A stretch of DNA of 64,000 nucleotides from the human T2T-CHM13v2.0 reference genome, Homo sapiens: NCBI RefSeq assembly GCF_009914755.1, contig NC_060937.1. One strand, 5' to 3'. Position 1 is the stretch's first letter. Each line of letters starts with the position of its first letter. The translations under genes were made by a program, and so were the position numbers. Of this stretch, positions 47,559-60,020 are shown piece after piece. The notes under the pieces were generated by a model. That model saw only the letters and a program-made list of their open reading frames with translations, was not told where the DNA came from and searched no databases.

Positions 47559-49499
47559 GTTGTGTGAGGTTATTAACACAAGCTACACAGAAACACATGT
47601 TATCCACGTTAGGCCAGCCTCTCCATGCCTATTTGATGGAAGTGCAGGCAAAATGTAAGAAGAATAACTCTGCTGTGTTTTGGATTAAAAGGATTTTTGT
47701 GGACTAGCATGATTATTTATTTACTGTACCTATAGGCAAATGTATTCATGAATGGTAGCTCAAAATGTTGCAAGTAGACATCAGCTGTTTTCAGAACAGC
47801 TCAGAGAGATGCCACCCTGCCAATGAGAAGAAGCTTAGGAAGGGGGAGCCCTCTGCAGCTGCTCCGGGTACTTGGCACATGGCCAGAAGGGATCCCACAC
47901 CCTGCATCTGCCATGGCCTCTCAAAGAAAGAGAAGAAAATGTTTCACCCATGCATCGAACATGCCTCTATACAGGACAGTCATAATTTGGGTGTTTATAG
48001 GTCAGGGATGACTGTGATGCATTTCCTAACTTTTATTCTCTGCTGTAGCTATGTAAGATGGGGAGTCTTTAGCTATATGCCCTAAAACACAGAAATAACC
48101 TGACCCCAGGCCTGTTACTGTGGCAGCTTGGTTGGCCTTTAGAGGTTAACATTCAAATCCTCAAAAGGAAGAAACTCGTATGAGAGAATAACATCTTCAG
48201 ATACTGAAGCAGAAAGAATATTAAAGCATATGGATTCAGAAAAAAAGAGAGGAAAAAATCTTCATTGTTCACGCTTTCCCAAAAATGTACCAGCTATTTA
48301 ATTTAGATCAGATCTGACCCCACCCCTACGTTTCTGTGTTATCTTCGCTATTAGAATAGATATGACCCTGGGCTGGAACTGGTCTGTCACTAGAGGAGAT
48401 AAGATCAGACCTGGTCCACCTGGCAGGTGTCAAATGCAAACAGTCAGAGGCAGAAGTGAGAGTGAAGAATTTGGAATTGAAGGCTGGGCTAACACCAGAG
48501 CTTAAGAAAATAATTAATACTCCAAGGGTGAAACCAGTTGGAAAGCAGAGGAAATTGAACTCCTCAATATAGACAGAGGGTGCCCAAGAATTATTGAACC
48601 TGAACAGCCTCGTGGGTGCCCAGCTGAGCTGCCCTATTTCCTGTCCATGGTTTGGCAATCAGGAAACCCATGATCCTGAGAAAAGGCTGAAAAGAGCCTT
48701 TAGACACCAAAGATTAGAATTAGCCAAGGACCTGACCTGTAGAGATTCTGACTTAGGGTGGGCCCAGGAACCTGTGGCCACAGTTCGAAAAACATAGTAT
48801 TAGCTTTCACTCTCAAACAAGCAGCTCAGCTGCAATGCCTCTAAAGGTGTAAGTTATGATAAAAAGGAAGTGAAGTCAAGGTGTGTATGGATGTCCAGTA
48901 TCCAATAGTTTCACCCGAAGGCTGAAACAAACCCAGGAAGCCAGCGGGTGAAAAATAGACGTTAGTTTACAATTCTGGGCTTTAGTCCCAAGACAATTCA
49001 ATCAAGAGAGACCCGGCAGCTATTTTGATGTGATAGCTTTGTCCAAGCTGCTGTCCACTTCCCACCCAAGTCTAAAGAACCCTGACATTTTTTTAGCTCA
49101 GTGGTTACATGGAGGACAAGAGCTGTTTTGAAAGAAGGCTGCAGTTGGGTGCCTGGTGCAAAGGGTCAGACTTAATGTAGGTTGTCAGGAGGAAGTCAGA
49201 AGTGAAGAAAAGAGAAACCCAGCAGGTGAGAAAGGAACAGCAGTTCCGCTCTCCCCAGCGGACCAATGCATTCTCTGAAACACTTTCCATCCTAGACATT
49301 CCAGCCTGGGGGCAAAGATACCCTCTTTTAGTTGGATTTTGGTTCTGCCAAGTTGATGGGGCCCAAGGGCCCTACGACAGTTGAGGGCGAGATGTGGCAA
49401 GAGTGGAAAAGCAGAACACTGAAAAGTATGTTTGGTAGACACTGGGCTGGACTTGGCTTCCACTGAGATTAAAGTTGACAAATGGGGAGGATGTATTAT

Positions 49500-49675
49500 A
49501 CAATGTATGGGTTAAGAGCACAAATCCTGCAGCTGAACTGAGTTTGCAAATCTTGGCTTAGGTAAACATGAGCAAAATATTTGAACCTCAATTATTTTAT
49601 CAGTAAAATGTAGATAACTATAGTTTCTACCTTTGGGATTTTGTGGGGATTAAACGTGATAATCAAGGTAAAGTG
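49500..49675 (+). mobile_element. MIR fragment
   Basis: ggttaagagc...tttgaacctcaattattttatcagtaaaatg...gattaaacgtgataat. Confidence 0.7.
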
Positions 49676-50405
49676 ACTCTGGCTACTAGGTGGAGAATGG
49701 ATTGCAGGTAGGCAAGAGTGGGAGTGGAGAGATCAGCATGTGGCAGTTGTCTGGAAAGGAAACCACAGTGGCTGAGACTTTAGTGGTGGTAGGAGAGACG
49801 TCAAGAAGCGGGTAGCCAGAGTCAGGCCATGTCATCACACTGCTTACTGCCCTTAACTGTCTTTCTCGAGCATCTTCAATGAACCTCACAGCCTTCCAAG
49901 GGCAGACTCCTGATCACACCTCCCACATCATTTTGGGTCACTTTCTTCTCTCTCGCTATGCTCCAGCCTCTCTGGTCTTTTAGTTTCTGCAACAGGTCAA
50001 ACTCCTCTCCCATCTCAGGGCATAATGTTACTTGGAACATCCTTCCACAACATTCTTCACTCGACTTTGTGTATGAATGGATATTTCTCAGCTTTCAGAT
50101 CTTTCTTTCAATGATACCTTCTTAAAGAGGTCTTCTCTGAACATACCACTCAAAGTCTTCCCATCATGCACAATTCTCAATGCCAGCATCATAATTCCAT
50201 CATAGCACTAATAACAAATTGTACTTACTTTACTCATCAAATTGTTTTACTTTCAGTGTCTGCCCCATTGCATTCCTTTTAGAATATAAGTTCCACAAGG
50301 AGAGGGATCCTTTCCATTTGGTTCACCTTTATATCTTCAATGCCTACCACTGTACCTGGTACATAGGTGGGCTCCTTAAATACTTGTTAAGTGGCCAAAT
50401 GAATT
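49674..50405. mobile_element. L2 3' region whose first ~130 bp is inverted
   Basis: 49674-49800 antisense L2 (ggtggagaatggattgcagg); 49812-50405 sense L2 ending in the tail aaatacttgttaagtggccaaatgaat. Confidence 0.7.
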
Positions 50406-50537
50406 AAACTTATTAAAAATGTCAGTGATCTCCAGAAAATACATAGCACAAGTCAAACCCTTTGGCAAACAAGACCCCTGCCCACCCATTCAGCCCCTTT
50501 TCTCATACACAAACATCTCTTTGTATAATCCTGGAAC

Positions 50538-51180
50538 TGTCAGAGGCATTCCGACCATAGCAACTTCGTCTTGAATAAGGGCAGGGTAAAATGAGGGTGA
50601 GACCGACTGGGCTGCATTCCCGGGAGGTTAGACATTCTTAGTTACAGGATGAGATAGGTCAGCAGGGCTGGTATCACAAGATACAGGACATAAAGACCCT
50701 GTTGATAAAACAGGATGTGGTAAAGAAGCTGGCCAAAACCCAACAAACTCAAGATGGTGACAAAAGTGACCTCTGGTTGCCTTCACTGCTTATTATATGC
50801 TAATTGTAATGCATTAACATGCTAAAAGATGCTCCCACCAGCGCCATGACCATTTACAAATTCCATGGCAATGCCCGGAAGTTAACTTATGTGGTCTAAA
50901 AGGGAGAGGAACTCTCATTTCTGGGAAATCCCTGCTCTTTTCCCAGAAAACTCATCAATAATCTACCCCTTGTTTAGCATATCATCAAAAAGTAACCATA
51001 AAAATAGCCAATCAGCAGCCCTCAGGTTTGCTCTGCCTATGGAGTGGCCATTCTTTTTTTTCTTTGCTTCTCTAATAAAGTTGCTCGCACTTTATTCTAT
51101 GAACTCGCCTCGAATTCTTTCTTGTGTGAGATCCAAGAACCCTCTCTTGGGGTCTGGATTGGGACCCCTTTCTGGTAACA
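50538..51180 (+). mobile_element. MER41B-like ERV1 solo LTR
   Basis: tgtcagaggc...gggctgcattccc...ccaagaaccctctcttggggtctggattgggacccctttctggtaaca. Confidence 0.92.
50919..50948. promoter_or_regulatory. Tandem GAS (STAT) motifs in MER41
   Basis: TTCTGGGAA (50919-50927) and TTCCCAGAA (50940-50948) both match TTCNNNGAA; activity not demonstrated. Confidence 0.6.
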
Positions 51181-54054
51181 CAAATGCAGCCATATCAATC
51201 TGGAGGCGACCTCTCGATGGAACATCGTCGTCTCAGGACACTACTTTTTACCTGGAATCTTCTGCCTGTGCCTTGTTCTCGAGAACTCAGGCATCATCTC
51301 ATTTGTGATTTCAGTTGTCCCCCAGCCCACCCCAAGGGTGCCAACTCATACCTTCATGCTCCTCATATTCACTCTACTGTGGCATGGCCCCCTATTTAGA
51401 ACATTTGTCTCTCCCAACCCTGCTCTCCTGTAGACTGTGTGTGCCTCAAGGACATATTATTTGTCACTGTTATCACCAGAATCTAGTACCTTACATAGCA
51501 CAAAATTGGTGCTCAGAAAAAAAATTGTCTAATAAATTCAAAAATGAATAAATATGCTTGTTTGTAAGGCTCTTAGAATAACTGTCTTTGACTGCTCATT
51601 TTTAGTCTTGCTGCAATCAGTATGTTGATAATTTTAGGCTAGAAATTCAATATGGCATATAGGGTGAATTAACATGATCTAAGCCATGGTACTAAAATTA
51701 TACATAATAGCATAATTATAATACCTGGTATCAGATAATTAGATGTGATAAGTGACTTTAAAAGGTTTTAGGTGCATTTTCACTAATGGTTGATTCTTGG
51801 TAATTCTGGACATTTTTAATATTGCCAATTGACATGTAACATGGTGAGGATCCATTTTAATTACGAGAGCCTCATATTCTACAGCATGTTGTTTTTTTCT
51901 CTAATGGTACAGCAAGTGTTGCTGTATACATGTACTACACTGGACAACATCAGTAAAAGGTAACTGAAGAATAATCTCCAAGGACTGCTATAGTCCCAGC
52001 AAGACAAGTGTGTATAAGTGCTGCATTCGTTTTAGCCTAAGGAACATTAGTTTTCAAATAATTTCAACCTTAATCTTACCCTTGCCGTGTCTCATATCAA
52101 TTCCATAAAACAATAAGAAATATAATCTAATCTACCCTTTTGTGCCCTCCAAGGTTGAAGCTCTGCCCCTCTGGTATCCTCTGTGGGCAAGGTAGAAAAC
52201 CGTAAAGGCTGAGAAATTACTGTTGAGAGACTCATGGATCCAACTGATATAGGAAATGCACATCTTTGCATACAGCCTATAATTCACCAACAATTTCTGC
52301 AGAGAAGTATTAAGATTGCACTACATTTGAAGTATCCTGGAAGGTATTCTAGGGATTCTAAGGCTATACAGTTCCTGCCCTTCCCCTTTTTGTTGCCATT
52401 TTAAAATTATTTAGCACTCCTTTGTCATTCAAAGAAGCAGAATTCAATTTAAATGGTTCAGAAAATTTTGAGGAACAGACGGCTATTTAGAGGTGTAGGC
52501 ATAGTAAAGTGAACCTACAGGCGGTATTAAGGCACCCAGAGATTAGCAACAGCAGCAAGCCATTATCACCTTTAGGTCTGGAGGGGACTAGAGGGGAAGT
52601 GTTACTGGAGCCATGGAGGAGGGAGCCCAGGACAACACCTATAGCTATGGAGGTCATAGTGGCTTCTAGAAACGATGCTCAAAATGAGGAAGAAAAATGT
52701 CTTCCTCCTGAGTGTCCGGGTGATGAATCCTGGGTGTCCATAGGGGATCAATTTCTGGGCACAGAAAGGTGGTGTGAAGGAGAGACAAAGAATAACCAGA
52801 ACATTTCCACAATTCTCATTACTGTGGTATTCCTTACACACTTTCTCCTTAACTGTCCTCATTTCCAAGGTATCTTTTGCCACCATATGGTTCTGAAGAT
52901 CCCTCTTTGAGGACCAGCAGCCTAGAAAGATGCAATTTAAATTGAATGTCCCTTTAATGTCCCTTTTGTGATCTTTGTTATTCAGATTGTTTACATAGAC
53001 CAAGGGTCACCAATTACTTTGCCCCTAGAGCTAGATTCTGGAATGCCAGGAAATTGCTTTCAGTGATACTGCAAATTAAAAAGCAGAGTCACAGAACCTC
53101 AAAAGACATTGATTATTCAGCCTGCTACTTGACTGGGAGGTCAGATGCCTCCCATATTAACTCTCCTATCTGTAAACTCAGCTCATTGTTTTTCTCTAGT
53201 TGAAGTAACAAATGCACTTTATTTCTTAGGTAGATACATTGTCTTGATATTGTGTTTCTATTTTTATTAAAAAATTATTGTCCTTTGCAGGCACGATTAT
53301 TCTGCCTTATACCCCCTACACTTTTACTAAATCAGAAGAAAAAAGAATGACTTCCTAATCTCTGCAATAGATTCATATTTTTGTGAGACTATCTATTACA
53401 CATCTTTGGTTAAAAATGATTTCTGGTTCCTAGTTATTGAGTTTCTATGTATATTCCATTAACATGTCAAACTCAGTTTAATGTTTATTCATTTTCCTGG
53501 AACAGTATTGATAATCTCTCAAAGTTCTCTGCTATAACCAGTTTTCTTTTCATTTGCCTTAGAGATGGTTTTTCATTTGTTCAAGCAGTTTTTGATTAGC
53601 TATTTTTTCTCTAGCCAGTTTTGCTCATTTTTGGTGCTTTCTTTCTCTTATTTAATTCTCTTGATAAAAATCACATGAACATTTGTTTGTGTTCTTTGAT
53701 CTATGAATGCATTACTACTTTATTTGAAGTATTTCTAATTCCTCTAATTTTTATTTTCAGTAATGTAACGTTTCTCTAGAGAATAATATTATTGGGTATT
53801 TGGATTATGTTGGGATCCAATTAAACAGTTAAGGTTATTAACTACTTAAGCATTCGCCTGATTTTTATTCTTTGTTTTGTGGTTGTTTTTATTTATTTAA
53901 TTCTATGGCTGTGTACTGAGCTCCTACTTCTATGCTGTATACAAATGTTTAGCAAGTTAGAAAGATATTAGTAGAAATAAGACTCTTGCCAGATCTTTCT
54001 TCTGAATCTCAGACTCATATTGAGTTGCCTTCCTCTGAGCATCTCATAGGCATC

Positions 54055-54624
54055 TCCCATGGTTGATTTTATATGTAAACTTGACTGGGCCATGAGATGC
54101 CCAGATACTTGGTCAAACATTATTCTAGGTGATCCTCTGAGGGTGTTTATTGGTGATATTAAAATTTAAAGTAGTAGACTGAGTAAAGCAGATTCCTCAT
54201 TGATGAGACTGGATGAGATTCAATGTCATTCAATCAGTTGAAGCCCTGAGTAGAGCAAAAGTCTCATCCTCCCCAAGTTAAAGAGAATTCTCCTGCCTGA
54301 TGGCCTTTGAACTAAAACACTGGCTCTGTTCTTGCCTTCAGACTCAAAGTAAAATATAGGCTCTTCCTAGGTCTCAAGCCTGTTGGCCTTCGGACTGGAA
54401 ATACACCATGGGATCTCCTTAGTCTCCAGCTTGCTGACTCACCCTGCAGGTCTTGGGACTTGCCAACCACATGATCATGGAGGCTGGCAAGCCCCAAGAT
54501 CTGCAGGGTATATAATAAATCTTTAATATATATATTTAAGATATATTTAATATATAAATTAATGATAAATCTATATATACACATTATATTAATTCTGTTT
54601 CTCTGAAGAATCCTGATTAATAGA
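54055..54624 (+). mobile_element. MLT2 (MLT2D-like) ERVL LTR inserted in L2
   Basis: atggttgattttatatgtaaacttgactgggcc...ttctgtttctctgaagaatcctgattaata; 5-bp TSD GCATC (54050-54054, 54625-54629). Confidence 0.85.
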
Positions 54625-55558
54625 GCATCTTAGACTTAACAGGTCTTTAATCAAAACCTTGACTTCCCTTCCACTCATTTTCTTTTCCCATAGTCTTCTC
54701 ATTCGCAGTAAATGGCAACTCCATCCTTCTGGGCACTCAGGCCAAAATCCTTGGAACCATCATTGGCTTCTCTCTCTTTTTCTTTTCACAACAATCCTTC
54801 AGAAAGACCCATTGAATCTATCCTCAAAATATATGCAGACCCTCCACTTTTTACCATCTTCACTGCCACTGCTCCAATCCAAGCCAGTACTGTCTCTTGC
54901 CTACCACCATAATCAATAACCTCCTAACTGGCCTCCTGCTCCCACCGGTCCTCCTACCTATTCTCAGTGTGTGAGTCAGATCAGTCACTTCTCTGCTCAA
55001 AACCCTCCAGTGGCGTCCCATGTGACTCAGAGGACAAGCCATAGATCTTACAAACTGCTTGTGGAAGGTCCAGCATGATTTGCCCCACTGACTCTCTGAC
55101 CTTATCCATATCCACCTTTCTCCTTGGCCAAGAGTGCTGGTCACACTTGCTGTTCTTCAAACATGCCCAGCCTCCTGCTGTTTCTGGCCTTTGCATTTGC
55201 CATTCTCTCTTCCTAGATACTGGTCCTCCAGAGATCTGAGAACTGGCTCCCTTACATCGTTCATGTCTCTACTCTGGCATCACCTTGTTGGAAAACCTTC
55301 TCCTAACCACCCTTTTGAAAAGGGCAGCACTTTCCATATGGCAATTTCTATCTTAGCCTTATTTTTTCCATAGCAGCTATGGCCACTTCATGTATTATAT
55401 ACACACTCTTTGATCTGATGTCTGTCTCCCTACTAGAATGAAAGCTCCATGAGGGCAAGGAGTTTGTCTATTGTGCTCCCTGATATGTCTCTGGCATCAA
55501 GATCTATGCCTGCCACAAAGTAGGGGCTTAAGTATTAATTGTGGAATGAATGAATAAA
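54625..55558 (+). mobile_element. L2a 3' region
   Basis: gtaaatggcaactccatccttc...aaaaccctccagtggc...ctagaatgaaagctccatgagggcaagg...gaatgaatgaat. Confidence 0.85.
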
Positions 55559-55857
55559 CATGTGCATAGACAACCATTATCGAACACAGAATGTGTAATT
55601 GCTATACAAGACATTTAAAAAATGCTGTGGGTATGGAGAGAGATTACTTCTAACTAGAGAGACCAAGAAATGCTCATCCCTGGGAAGCCTCTGATCCGTA
55701 TCTCATGGAATGGAATGCTGACAGCGCAGTGGCTAAAAGCTCAGGCTCTCTGTCAGATGTACCTATATCCAAATCCTCACCCTGCCACTGACAAATGTGG
55801 GGACTTTGGTGTCTCCTTAATTTGGCCTTGAATAGTTTTCTTATCTTATAGGGTTGT

Positions 55858-56524
55858 TGTATCACTCAAGGTTTGATCAAGAAGCAGAACTGCTTTGTAT
55901 GATAAAACCTAAGGGACTCATTGGGGTTAGACCTCCCTGCAATTGTGGAAGCCAGTGGGGAAATCTCTGCAGGCTGTTGGCTCTGCACCTATGTTGAGCC
56001 TGAAACATGTGGTCTTTGGATCTGCCAGACTGGCAAATGGAGATGAAAGCTGGAAATAATTGAGAGCAAGAGCAAATAGGAGTCTACATTGATGAATTGA
56101 AGCCCCATAAATTCAACTGGATCCCACAAGACAAATGGGAGCCTGCATCTTTCTCTAGCCACCTCCAGCCTCCATGCTGTGGGCCACTTGCTGGAGATGC
56201 TGGTACCTTTCAGCACAGAGCTGCACGTACACCCACTCCAGGCCTTGGAGAGGTGTAAGGAGCAGATCTTTGGGGAATTGGAGGAGCGGTCAGTTGAAAT
56301 GCTGAGCCACACCTACCAGGTGAGCTGGTCGATTAGCCTCATCATGCACAATCCACCACAGTGCCTGGGACCTGCATTAACACTCAGGATGCAGGAAAGA
56401 TGGCTGCTGGGTCATGTCTACATCTCATGTCAAATATCTCTTGTGGCAAGTACTAACCCAGAACCATACAAGGAAAGGAATCTGGAGAAACATAGTTCCG
56501 GCTTAGCTAAGTGGACACACCACA
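55858..56524 (-). mobile_element. Ancient ERVL-class LTR (LTR41-like), subfamily uncertain
   Basis: TG...CA ends; terminal aaggaatctggagaaacatagttccggcttagctaagtggacac. Confidence 0.5.
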
Positions 56525-58049
56525 TTTGTAAGAATTTCTACTTATAATATTTACATTACAAGTAATCACTCCATATAGAATATTAATAGTCATTGGACAA
56601 CAAAAAAATCCTCTTGGATTACATTTTTCATGATTTGACAGCAAACAGTTTTAAAGACATTTTAGCCACATCTCTTTAAAATTTGCAATTCACTGAATCC
56701 CTCAAACATTATTTGTGTTTGAGTATCTTATTTCATATTATAGCACCTACAGACACCACTGAAAGACGAATGAAGGAATTGTGAAATATTTTAAACTAAG
56801 TAGGCTTATTGCATTGTCGTGGGCTAAGGAAGCATGTCACTCTACCCTCCATTCCTGGAGAAAAACTCCAGTTGCTTTAGGGAGGTAGACTGAGTGACTT
56901 TTTGGAGAACCTTGGCTGCCTGACCTTCCACCCAAGGTCCTGCAATACTATGCTATGACTTATTTCCTTTAAAACTCTACTTTTGTTTATGAAAGTTCAT
57001 TTCTCATCAACTATCTTTACCCTTTTTTCCCTACTATGACCTCAGACCCTCTTCTCCCTCTGAGATTATTTCCTCTATCTCTCTCACTCATCAAGCTAAT
57101 GGACCAAAAAGAAGAAGAAGAAAAAAAAACTTTCTTCGAAAGCCACTTCTTCTTTGGAGCCCTTGAGTGATGAGTTTTTAATGATCTATCACTTTCTTCT
57201 TGGTAAAACGAGCTGGGGTCAGAGTCATCTGCCCATAAGAAGAAAAGTGGGACTTCAAAAGACCATCTTACCTTTAGAAACACATAGTCCTCCTGTCTGA
57301 TTCGCATTCCCGTTTCCAATTATTTCTTTTTCTTTTTCCTTCATGTCACATAACAAAGTATGATTATACTTATAATGTTGCACCTCACATGCTTGACTGT
57401 GTTTTCTGTTCTTTTCACATATTATTTTAAAATACCTTTAGACATGCATCTTGCTAGCATAGAAGTAGGCACATAGATGGATGAACAAATGGATTGATAA
57501 ATGGATGGATGGATAGATAGACAAATATATTGAATATCAGACAGGAAAGAGGCTATTTGAAATTATTTACTTATTATTCCTTTTGGACACCAATGATTCT
57601 ATTTTTTTCAAATTTAGAAAGCTCTGTCTACTAAAAACTTTTATCTATTCATTATAATTTTTTGGAGCTTTATCAGTAGATACATTGAAATTATAATCTT
57701 CAGAAGGTTCTATAAGTTGAAAATTCTGAATTATTTATCACTGATAGTTCAAACCCCTTTCTATATATAGGAAACTGAGGTTTTATGAGTATAAGTGATA
57801 TGCTTAATCACAGCAACAATACTTGAACCTAAACTTTCTAAATCCTATTACTTTCTACTCTGCCACATGGAGAAATATATGGCCTAAGCAACTTGCATGC
57901 AAAATAGTCTCATTTGATCAAACACCATTTAAGTGTTAATGCTGGAATACAAATGATGTGATTAGTGGGTTGGTAGATTTATTTCTTCATATGTACCAAA
58001 TCATATTACACCTAAAAGATTATGACCTTATAGTTAAATCACAGCTTGA

Positions 58050-58352
58050 GGCTGGACATTTAAGACTGGAGGCTTTTAATGAATTATTGTTAATATTTTT
58101 AGATGTGATAATGGTATTGTGGTTATATTTTTTAAAGTTCTCTTTTAGAAATACATATTGAAATGTTTGTAGTTGAAGCGATCTGATATCTTGGATTTAC
58201 TTCAAAATAACATTGTGTTGGGCTGGAAATAGATGAAATAGAACTAGCTTTATGTGATATTTACTGAAATTGGGTGATGCATACATGAGGGCTTATTATA
58301 CTCTTCCCACTACTTCTATTAATGTTCTAGTTTTTCCATAACGAAAAGTTAA
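58050..58352 (+). mobile_element. Old L1M (L1MC/ME) 3' end
   Basis: gtgataatggtattgtggttat...gggtgatgcatacatgagggcttattatact...ttttccataa. Confidence 0.75.
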
Positions 58353-58369
58353 CTTTAACAAACACTGCC

Positions 58370-58595
58370 ACTAGAGCATTAAGGTGATGAGTTTAGGCTC
58401 TGGTGTCAGATGGGCCAGATTTGAATTTCGGATCTGCCAATTACCGGTACTCCATCTATAGAATGGGTGTAAAGTACCTACCTTCCAGAGTTGTAAAAAT
58501 TAAATGAAATAATACACGTAAGTCCCTTAGAATAGCCCCTAGCACATTCGTAATCACTCAAATTTTACCTAATATGTAATGACTGTTATTGTCAT
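58370..58595 (+). mobile_element. MIR fragment
   Basis: ggctctggtgtcaga...tttgaatttcggatctgcc...taaatgaaataatacacgtaagtcccttag. Confidence 0.7.
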
Positions 58596-58877
58596 TGATG
58601 CCTTATCTCCATGGTTTTCTGTTTCCTAGAATCCTTATCTACTGCAATGTTTAAAAAAAATAAGTATTAAATTAAAGACGTGAATACCATTATCCTAGGT
58701 TTTGAGATAGAAAAAATGCTCACTAAAGTTTTCAAATGCCATGCAGCAAGGAAGTCAAAAGGTTAAACTGTAGAACGTAGAACGGAAAAGGCAAGAAATG
58801 CTCTTGACTATAAAGATGAACCGTTACCCAAATCAAAGCAATCCCTTTTCCTCCGTTCAGCTGAGAAGTGGGTGCCA

Positions 58878-58932
58878 TGGCTGGGTTTGAACTGGGGCTG
58901 GACAGTGGCTGGGTTTGAACTGGGGCTGGACA
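58878..58932. repeat. 28-bp-period tandem duplication (2 copies)
   Basis: tggctgggtttgaactggggctggaca identical at 58878-58904 and 58906-58932. Confidence 0.95.
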
Positions 58933-59519
58933 ATGTGCTGTCTGTCACAGCCAGTAGATTTTGTTTATTGCGAAAGGAATTGCTCAGTGTTGACTCCCCT
59001 TGGCTCCACTTCTTGTTTTGTGCTCCTCCTCCTTCAGGTCTCCTTCCACCTCTGAGCTTCTCTTTCTTCCTTTGGGGAGGAGTGACATGATTAGAGTAAT
59101 GGGTAGACCAGAAGGATTCACCGACAAGGGCTGTGCTGGACAATGGGAAAGCTGTAGGGAAGTATGCCTCTTACCAGAATTAAGGGTCTAGCACTTTATT
59201 CATAATATAGACCATTTGCAAATAAAAAGGTCAAGATTCACTGCTTTGCAGAAGACATTTCTGGGGGTCATCAGAAATTTACCAGTGCCCATATTAAACA
59301 CTATTATGTGTATAGATGTGAAAACAAGTCCTGGTGTTGTTAATTCACATACAAATTGGCAAATACAAATGGATCAATAATTCTGTGAATAGAGGCGCAA
59401 GTCTTTATTATATTATATGACTCTGTACACCACCTGCAGCACCACTGGCCATCACCCCATCCCACATTGCTACTAGTTTAACCTGTATTCCTACCACGTC
59501 CATCCCCAACCCTCTGTGC

Positions 59520-59910
59520 TCCGGGGAAAAATGCCTCTATCTCAAGGTCTTTGTGCTGGCTTTCCTCTACCTCAAAAGCTGCGCTCACGGGTAACTCTAT
59601 GCCTTGCTTCCTTACTTCCTTTTGGTGTTTGATCAAATATTACCCTCTTGGCATGGCCTCCCCTGCCAACTGATTGATACCGTCAAGCACCGCCTGACTC
59701 TTCATTCTTCATCCCTTTTCTCTGTTTTACTACTCTACCTAACCTTCATCATTTTTAAATACTCTATGTAATTCCTTTAGTTAGTTAATTATCAATCTCC
59801 CTCTTCTCCATGAGGACCTGTATTTAGTCTTTAAAAGATTCCAATGCCTAGAACATTGCCTGGCATATAGTCAGTATTAAATAAACACTTAATTGAATGA
59901 ATGATAAGTG
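59520..59910 (+). mobile_element. L2 3' end
   Basis: aatgcctagaacattgcctggcatatagtcagtattaaataaacacttaattgaatgaatg. Confidence 0.75.
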
Positions 59911-59911
59911 A

Positions 59912-60020
59912 ATGGATGGATGGATGGATGGATGGATGGATGGATGGATGGACGGACGGATGAATGGATGGACAGACGGATGGATGGACAGATGGATGGT
60001 TGGATGGATGGATGAATGGA
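59912..60020. repeat. (TGGA)n compound microsatellite at L2 tail
   Basis: TGGA run with CGGA/CAGA variants. Confidence 0.95.

Noticed and set aside
52490-53003. Overlapping 133-aa ORFs on both strands
   Set aside because: Region looks like an old LTR relic of uncertain family; no recognisable domains or splice structure.
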